A program made the translations under genes and the position numbers. A DNA stretch of 64,000 nt from Octopus vulgaris (Eukaryota), in assembly GCA_951406725.2 (NCBI GenBank), contig OX597817.1:372001-436000 (forward strand), read 5' to 3'. Positions 54,357 to 64,000 of the stretch are shown here, in pieces (positions within the stretch are counted from its first letter, which is position 1; each line of letters starts with the position of its first letter). Below the pieces are notes generated by a model. That model was given only the letters and a program-made list of their open reading frames with translations, had not been told where the DNA came from and did no database searches.

Positions 54357-55497
54357 TTAAATACACCCTAAGGGTAGGCCACATTAAAAAAATGTTGGTC
54401 CATTGACTTTTAAGAAACATGTCCTACAGGAGCTCTAAGGCAGTGATACAAGGATCAACCAGTGTAGATTCAGAAAATTTAATAATGATGCTTCCTTGTG
54501 AATGGAGGATGTATTTAATTATCTGCTCTGGAAGAGAAAATTCCAAAATGAGCAAAACATCTTTGGAAGGTTATTACCATGATATACAGTACCAAGCAAA
54601 ATTGGCCTGGACCTCATAATTATTACTGTAACAACATTTGCAGTATGAACCAAGGAAGCTTCTACATTGTTGCTTGGCCAACAAGAAATAGCAACAGAAT
54701 TCCTTCAACTAGCTTAAAAAGTAAGGCACACTAGATACAGACTAATGGATCTTTACAAATAGTCATGGAGCACCTGATTACAAGTGTGCGCAATAAGACA
54801 TAATTCAACATCAAAGCAAACAAACAATGGAATCCCTATGCCATCTTTTGATCTGCTACAAAACAGTTGTTATATTTTCTTCAAAAGAAGAACATGTTTG
54901 ATATACTGAAGTTTTAGATACACTTTGCCCAAATAAAGGATGGATGGTTTCAGTTGAAACAAATTTGTTTGCTTGATGAGCAAACCTGGTGGTCCACAAC
55001 AGTAACAAGTTCAAAGAAACTCAAGTCCATTGCTTGGTGGAGTTTCTGAATAGCTATCACAAACTCATGAGAAAGGAAATGGTCAGGGAATTAGGAGGGT
55101 TTTACTTGATTTTTTTTGCCATTTTCAAGTTTCATATGACAAGAATAACAATACTGAAATACTCCTTTTCCACAAAATTTCTTTTATTATTTTTTTCCTT
55201 TTAACATTTTTGCTCCTCAGTTTTGGCCATTTCCTTTTCCCTTGTGTAATGATAATTATTCCTAAACAATGCTTTGTTTATTGTTGAACTATAATTACAT
55301 GAAAGCCTGCTAGAGGCAGAGTTAACTACATGCTCGATTTAACCACACCACATGGCCCATAGTACCTTTAATGAACGTCCCTGCTTCTTACCACCAGTCT
55401 CGAAGATCCTGAAGAGGTCATGAGTACCGCCCTTTCTCTTCAACTACACTTGAATTTCTCTTTCAATGTGTATTTTTAATCATACATATATACACTA

Positions 55498-55656
<159 letters not shown>

Positions 55657-57276
55657 CTAGAAGAGAGAGATAAAATATATATATTCATATGTACGCACAC
55701 ACATACATTGCGCAAGGACATAGAAATGCTTGTGATAGTCAGCCAGCATGCCAGACGAATCCCTATTTCTTGTTAGAAAATCTATCAAGAAGAATACTCT
55801 AAGACAAAATCGGAAGCTTGTTCAGCTGGTCATCCCCTAGCCAATGCTGAGCCACCAAACCGAAAATGGATTAGGTAGTTGGAAACTGTGTGGAAACTTG
55901 TCATATATATATGTATGTGTATGTCTTGTATTTGTATTCACCACCACCACTTGTCAACCAGTGTTAGCTTCCTTATGTTTGTGTAACTTAACAGTTCAGC
56001 AAAAGAAACTGATGGATTAAGTATGACACATAAAAAAAAAAGTATTGAGGCCAATTTGTTTGGCTAAACCCTTCAAGGAGGTGCTCCAGATGGCCACCAC
56101 CCAATGACTGAAACAAACAGAAAGGTGTGTTTTAGAACATAGATGGAGAAACATTGTGATTGCAGTTCAAAAATGAAGTTTAAACTAAATGGCAAACTAA
56201 GCCTTTTTTAAAGAAACCTCAAATAAGATGTCCTGATGTGCTACAAGAAGAAATATCTACCAATTTGAATTTCAACAACCCTCTTCATCATACAATGTCT
56301 AATTGGCTAACTGTGCTTCAATATTGATGATTAAGAGTTATCTCATTCATTGTGTCAACGAAGAGAATTCTTCCTCACACTGATATAATGTGAGGAAGAA
56401 TTGCTGGAACTAGAGCAAGACACCTATGTCTGTCCCCTCTATACTTTAAATCTCTCAACTGGCCCAAAGCCAACCCCTTCAATATTACTCCCCACACCTC
56501 CCACTATAGTGGTTCTTGTCTTGCAAGATACTTGATGATCTGGTTGGTGCTGGTACCATGTAAAAAGCACTGGTGATTGTGCCATGTAAAAAGCACTGGT
56601 GATGGTGTCAAACTATAAAATGTTTGGCATTAGGGAAAGCATCCAGCCATAGAAACCAGGTCAAAACAGACTATGGAACCTGGTGCAAACTGCTGACCAT
56701 GCCAGCTGACTGCCAAACTGTCCAACCCAAGCCAGCATGGAAAACAGATGTTAAATTATGATGATGATGATGATGATGAGAGCAGATGAGATACTGGCTA
56801 GAGGAAAGAATGATGACCTTGTACTTCTTCTCTAAATTATTTTGAATATATCCATTTTTAGGTAGAAAAGATCCACTTTGTAAAGTGATTGGTGTTAGGA
56901 AGGGCATCCAGCTGTAAAAACCCTGCCACAACAGACAGAGAAGCCCAGTGCTGTCTTCTGCCTAGCCAGCCCCTGTCAAACTGTTCAACCCATACCGGCA
57001 AGGAAATTGGACGTTAAATGATGATGAAGTTAACCTGTTTGAATTATACCTTTGATGTGTAAGAAAATCATCTTAACAATCATTTATCTTAGAATTATCC
57101 ATCACAGAAATCATCTCATGTTACCAATGGCAATATGAGGCAAAAGACAGAAACTTTCAACAGTATACTAAAGAGGTACACAAAATACATCTGAGTTTTT
57201 ATTCCAACTTCAATGCTACAATAAATTCAATAAACTAGACCAAAGAAGTAACACGGATAGATAACTCCAATCATCA

Positions 57277-57453
<177 letters not shown>

Positions 57454-58957
57454 TCAATTTCCAGAGAAAAACTTTAAAAACTTCACACATAAAACATCTT
57501 TATTTCCCCGTTACCCACCACCATATTCCTATGTGATTGCTTGACCTGTTAGAAATTGCAGCTACATAACAGTTGCAAATAATAAACCCCTAATGGTTGC
57601 TCCACCCGAAAGAAATAGCAAATACAAGCAAAACTATCATCTTAAAAGAAGGGAACATTGGCTAATGTACTCTGTGGTACACTATACCTGAAAAGGTAAA
57701 AAAAAAAAAATAGAAGTAAAATGGTCACAACTGGATCACTTTTGATCTAAAGTCTGTTTACTCATGGCTGACTTGGGACTAAACAACCACAAGACACAGG
57801 CACACACACACCCTATATTCTTCTGTCAGTCAAACCTAAATTATCTGCATAAATCACAATTAAATCATTAAAGTAAGGCTACACAATCATCATCATCATC
57901 CATAATCTATTAATGTTGTTATTCTATGCTGTTCTGAGTAAGATGGGTCCAATGAGAACATTAACACTTATTATTGCTAGCCTTGGATCAGCTTTGACTG
58001 AGCAGACCAATCAGCAAAGGTATTCCAGCTGTGTTCATCTTGAGTTCTTTTTAACCCTTTAAATTTCATAGTTATTCCAGTAATACCAAAAATGGAATTG
58101 ATATTTTCAACAAGTCATGTTGCCTCAAAAAATTTGACATTACTCAACAAAAGATAGACTGCTATATAAACCTGCTTTCTGCAGGGGTTAAGAGTGTAGG
58201 GTGCAATTTGAGGGTAATTTGGCTGCTCTGTCTGATAGGTTGAGCAACCATATTCAGGCACCCTCAAGTAATTTATTATCTGCAGTGCTGAATTCAAATA
58301 TTTCTTCACACTTGCAGAAGACAAGTTACTTCAGTGTATAACTCCCCCAAGAAGGATCTTCAGTGATTTATTTAAGATCTAATATGGTTATAAGTCTAAC
58401 ATTCACCCATCCTAACTTTCTAAAACTGATAGCAATTTGTATCAGCAAAAATTATACAGTAAAGTTTGTGAGTTTGGATAAATTCAAATGCTGTGAAAAG
58501 AGGAAGATTTTGATATCCCAAAATTATGCTTCTCACCTTAGAGAAAGAGAGAATTTTTCATTACTCAGATAAAGGATCACTTCTAAAACGTCTTTCACAG
58601 TATGTGCATGCATGTATCTAAACTCAAAATTTCTATGAGCTGTTCTAATTACCATAAGCTCCAATTATTTCTCAATAAATCACTTCTGGCTACAATATTT
58701 TAGTTAAAGGTTAACTATCATCCCAAATATTATCAGTATTTTCCATAGCTACCTTAGCAATCTTTCATCATCTAAAGAGACGATGATGTGCCAACTCATA
58801 GATGTGATAATCCACAGAGGCCATTACATGTAGTAACCCATAGAGACCATGGTGTTGTAATTCACAGAAAGCATGGTTGATAACCCATAAAAAGTCCTGA
58901 TGTGGCATCCCACAGAGACCATAATATAGTAATCCATTGAGATCATCATGCAACTCA

Positions 58958-59320
<363 letters not shown>

Positions 59321-60193
59321 CTATGAACCCTAAGGTTGTGTTTAAAGGATCTGTGAAAATGTATGCTGGTCAAGAGAAGGAAGATCATTTTATATATATG
59401 CATATCAAGGGACATTAAAATAATACTGTTACATACTGTTATGGTTTTGATATCTACTTATATCAATCTGCCCTTCATTTAACATCTCTCCACAATTTTT
59501 ATTTATTTAACATCATGATCTGTGAGCAATAACATCATTGGTTATTGATTTTCATTGGGTCAATAACTGGTTTATAACATTTACAATGGCAAGAATGAGA
59601 AATGACTGCCTGCGCCAGTGGGTGCCATGAATAGCACAGGGGAGTCATCCATGTTCACTGATGCACTGGTTTTCCTCAAAGTATTTACATTTACAGAAAT
59701 ATATCATTAAAAGATCTATATATCATCATTTAATGTGTTTTCCATGCTGGCACAGGTTGGACAATTGGACAAGCATTGGTATGTCAGAAGACCGCACCAA
59801 ACCCTGCTGTCTGCTGTGGCATGGTTCGTACGGCTGGATGCCATTTGGGTGGGCTTCCACACAATTTACATCAACTGAAAACTTGAAGCTATGATAGATA
59901 ATACGTGTTCAAGATGCTATGCAGATGGTTGCAAAACATAGCCATGCAATACATCAGTATTCCCCAAGAACATTGGGAGCATACAGCAAACAAAAATGAA
60001 AACATAAAAGAAACAGAAGTACTGGCTAGTCAGGCCTTTATATGATCATCAAAACCACAAGAAACAGCAGCCAATTATTTTTCAGATCATACCCTACCGT
60101 CTCAAATAAGTAAAGAGCATGTGATTTGTTTTACCTACACCCAAAAAGACAAGAAGGTTATAACTGGAATGCATTTGATCACAAGTACAATCA

Positions 60194-60418
<225 letters not shown>

Positions 60419-60770
60419 TCAAAAAGAAAAAGAAAAGGATTAAAAATATATTCGCAATAAAACAGGAAAACATTATTTTAATTATCCAAGAATAAACTCA
60501 AAAAATAATTATGATTTCCATCTTACACAGAAAACTAACATCTTGAAAAATTCATCCATTTTATTTCAGACAGAAATTCTAATTTAAATATGACCATTTT
60601 AATAGGGATAGTCTCTGATTGGATTATTATTAAGGGGTGCTTAACTGCTACCCTATATATCCTCAACTAATCAATATTACTCGTATACTTGGCTCAACTT
60701 GAAACATCTGTTCACATTACCCGGCCCTATAAACTGGTAAAGGAGAATGTGTATTAAGCGTCAGAAGTAC

Positions 60771-60923
60771 CTCAAATTTGCCCTTTGGTGCAGCAATGTT
60801 TTCTGATAGGCGTCGGCGAATATCAGCTGCAGCAATGTACACAGGGTCTTTACTATCAGCACTCGTAGAACTCTCAGCAGAGAACTGGGAAATTGTATCA
60901 CTTGATTTTGACCGATTTGAATA
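60771..60923 (-). CDS. PI4KB: PI4-kinase beta exon
   Basis: cag|[51 protein letters not shown]|gtac; 153 nt. Confidence 0.93.
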
Positions 60924-61008
60924 CTGAAATTACATGAAAAGAAAACAATCTTGATAAAAAGAGAGCAGATGGCACAGAAAATATAATTTTTTTTACTGAA
61001 TAGTAAAC

Positions 61009-61105
61009 TGGTTGTTTATTGATCAGACAAATGGTTGTTTATTGATCAGACAAATGGTTGTTTATTGATCAGACAAATGGTTGTTTATTGATCAGACAAA
61101 TGGTT
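61009..61105. repeat. 23-bp tandem repeat x4 (TGGTTGTTTATTGATCAGACAAA), intronic
   Basis: Direct observation. Confidence 0.9.
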
Positions 61106-61915
61106 GTTTGTTGACAAGACAGATGGTCATTTAATAGTTAAATGTTTACTGAAAAGATAAATTCACTTTCCTTTATAAAAAAAAAAGAAATTACATAATC
61201 CATTTTCACAAAGAAGTGTGTGTGTGTGTGTGTGTGTTGACAAAAGTGAAAATTAATAGACAGAAACTGTCCAGAACACTGAAGGAGAGACCTTTCTTCT
61301 TTTAAAAGACAGACTTCATTTACTACCTGCCTTTACATCACTACCTGGTCATTCAGTGCCTTCAATAGCAACCTGTTGCAGGTATTTGTTACACATCTCT
61401 GGCCTAAGGACAACTTTTCCTTCCTTCTCATCAATCTATGAAGGTCTTGAAAAGGGTAAAAGAACTGGCCTTATTTTTATCAGACTAAGCAATGACAAAA
61501 ACATAAGTCTGTACATATTTATATTCCTCTCACAATCAATACTTACAAGGAAAAGTACAGAATATTATTCGATAATAAATATAAAAACCTTGTTCCAATA
61601 ATTTTTATTCAAATACCTAAATTTTATAGAACACAGACATGGTTACATGGATAAGGGGTTGGGAAGCAATAACAAGTTCACTTCCCAACCATGTGATTTG
61701 GGGTTCAGACTCACTGCATAGCATCTTGGACAAATGTCTTCTACTATTGCTTTGGGTCAACTAAAGCCTTTTGAGTGAATTTTGTAGGAGAAAACTTAAG
61801 TTTATCTTGTGTATGTGTGAGTGAGAGTGCTTGTGCCCCTCAGATAAGAGGGAAAAAACTCCCTCCCACGAATCTTTCAAATAATTCATATAACGAAATG
61901 GGGAGAGCAACATAC

Positions 61916-62149
61916 CATAGCTTGCAGGATTTCATCATCATCTTGTAACCAACAGTCAGAATCATCAAAGTCAGAAGTACCATAAATGGCAAACTCTGGC
62001 TTTGGAGAGTTGTTGCTTCTGTTGTAGTAATGGGTCAAGTCCTCCTCTGAACGGGTGAAACGCAAAGTATTTTCCAAGATCTTACTTGGCAGTTGGCTGG
62101 TGACTGGGTTCTCACACTCGAGTACTTCAACATATATCAAGTAGGGAGT
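61916..62149 (-). CDS. PI4KB: PI4-kinase beta exon (most 5' exon recognised in the window)
   Basis: tag|TPYLIYVEVLECENPVTSQLPSKILENTLRFTRSEEDL...WLQDDDEILQAM|gtatgt; 234 nt. Confidence 0.92.
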
Positions 62150-62820
62150 CTAGATAAATAAGAGACAAAATGGTACTTCAGTTTCATCAGCCTGATATCA
62201 AAATATTGTTATATACCATGGTCATACTGTTGTCACTATCATGTCACTGTAGTCATAGTCATCATTTTCATATTGCTATGATTATGCTATCATTATTATC
62301 ATATCTCCGATTATTCTAGAATCATCACCATATTGCTGACTTTATTAGTGTGTCATTGTCATATCGTTTTGAGAGAGAAAGAAAAGAAAATACAGTAACA
62401 AGAGAGGGAGAGAGAGAAAGGGAGGACACTAATTCTCTTTCCTTTCTCTTTCACTTTGCTTCTCTTTATCTCCAGGATGCATTTCATTTTGATTTATGAA
62501 TTTTTTTACTTTTTTTTTCTTTCATTATTTTTACCCTTTTACTATTGTCCATTTTAGTATTCTTTTCTTTCTTTCAACAGAATCCTGACTTCACTCACTC
62601 TCTTCACCTTTTATTTGATTTCTATCTATTTTCCTCTCAAAATACTTATATCTATCCAACCTTAGAACATTTGATCACTGTAACATTATGCAATAAACTG
62701 TTTCTCTGATGATCTGTTATGGTTAAGTATCCAACATGAAATATAGATAGGGAACTAAAGACATAAACTGGTGTTCATCACAATTTCTTTTTATCTATAT
62801 ATATATATATATATATATAT

Positions 62821-63115
62821 CATCATCATCATTTAGCGTCCGCTTTCCATGCTAGCATGGGTCGGACGGTTCAACTGGGGTCTGGGAAGCCAGAAGGCTG
62901 CACCAGGCCCAGTCTGATCTGGCAATGTTTCTACGGCTGGATGCCCTTCCTAACGTCAACCACTCCATGAGTGTAGTGGGTGCTTTTTACGTGCCAGACG
63001 GGGCTGGCAAACGGCCACGGTCGAATGGTGCTTTTTACGTGCCACCGGCACAGGGGCCAGGCGAGGCTGGCAACGGCCACGATCAGATGGTGCTTTTTAC
63101 ATGCCACCAGCACTT
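62821..63115 (-). mobile_element. SINE-like family 3 (AGGAAGGGCATCCAGC core, (GAT)n tail)
   Basis: The same motifs occur at 38430-38815, 39220-39375, 39470-39660, 41850-42050 and 56560-57030. Confidence 0.7.
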
Positions 63116-63124
63116 GCCAACAAG

Positions 63125-64000
63125 TGACAAGTTTGTTTATTCCAATAACATGAAAATCTGAAGTTCTGGAGCTGATGAACTCTTTGAATGCACTTTCAGG
63201 AACAGTTTCGCTTTTTAACTCCTCCTCTTGCAGGAAACCATCAGGTGCTTGAAAAAGTGGCAGTCAGTAGGAGAGACGTCTGGGGAAGAACTTCGTAGCC
63301 AAGTTCTCTCAACTTCTGGAGCATCATTAGCGAAACATGTGATCGAGCACTGTCATGAAGAATGACTGACCCTCTCCTGTTGACCTGTCTGGGACAGAGT
63401 AGTCGTAGTTTTTTGGTTCATTTTGGTTTTCATGGCAATATGTTTCTGCAGTAATGGTTTTAAAAGGTTTTAAGAAGTTATAGTGGATGACTCCAGCAGT
63501 ACACCACCAAAACAGTCACCATAACATTCTTTTTGAAGAGCTTGGGTTTAAGGAAAGCTTTTGGTACTTCATTCTGGTCCAACCACTACGAATAATGATT
63601 TTTATTATTGTACGGAATCCACTTTCATCGCTAGTTACAATATGGTCAAGAAATGGATCAGTCTGGTTATGGAGAAGAAGTGACGAGCAAATTTCATGTC
63701 TGCACATTTTCTGATTTTCATTCAAATCATGTGGTACCCATTCGTTGAGCTTTTTTTTTTTTTTTTTTTTTTCTGGCTAACTTGAAGTTTTTTTTACCAG
63801 TTCTCAAGTGGTCTTTACATGGATCTTTCTTAATGCCAGTCTCCACCGTAAAATCGTTTAAGCCATTTTCGCGTTGGTCACTCACTGGTCATTTCCTCAC
63901 CAAATGTTTCATTGATATCACAAGCAGTTTCAGCTGCTTTACGCCCCTTTTTTGAAGTTGAATAGCAAAATTGCTCGAATATTGCGCTCTGACAGTTCCA
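63125..64000 (-). mobile_element. mariner transposase relic, intronic
   Basis: WVPHDLNENQKMCR, FLDHIVTSDE, ILHDSARSH and PDVSPTDCHFFKHL; frameshifted. Confidence 0.82.

Overview
AT-rich, microsatellite-dense animal genomic DNA. The SINE families and repeat load suggest a cephalopod such as Octopus (inference). It holds two convergent host genes: a single-exon 654-aa UNC5C-like TM-ZU5-UPA-death-domain gene (+, 29229-31193) and the last seven coding exons of phosphatidylinositol 4-kinase beta (-, 62149-54123; 5' exons lie beyond the window). The rest is mostly decayed transposons (Penelope, RTE, CR1, R4/Dong-like LINEs, piggyBac, Tc1, mariner, hAT MITE, Helitron), tRNA-derived SINEs and simple repeats, including a 2.2-kb (GGT)n tract. 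The most notable region is 12.3-20.5 kb: a nest of four unrelated non-coding repeat families in tandem and inverted arrangements between (TA)n tracts, each carrying a hammerhead-ribozyme (HHR) motif. One family carries what looks like a non-circularly permuted (pseudoknotted) hammerhead in a ~780-bp tandem unit. All pairings were read by eye; no folding program or database search was run.
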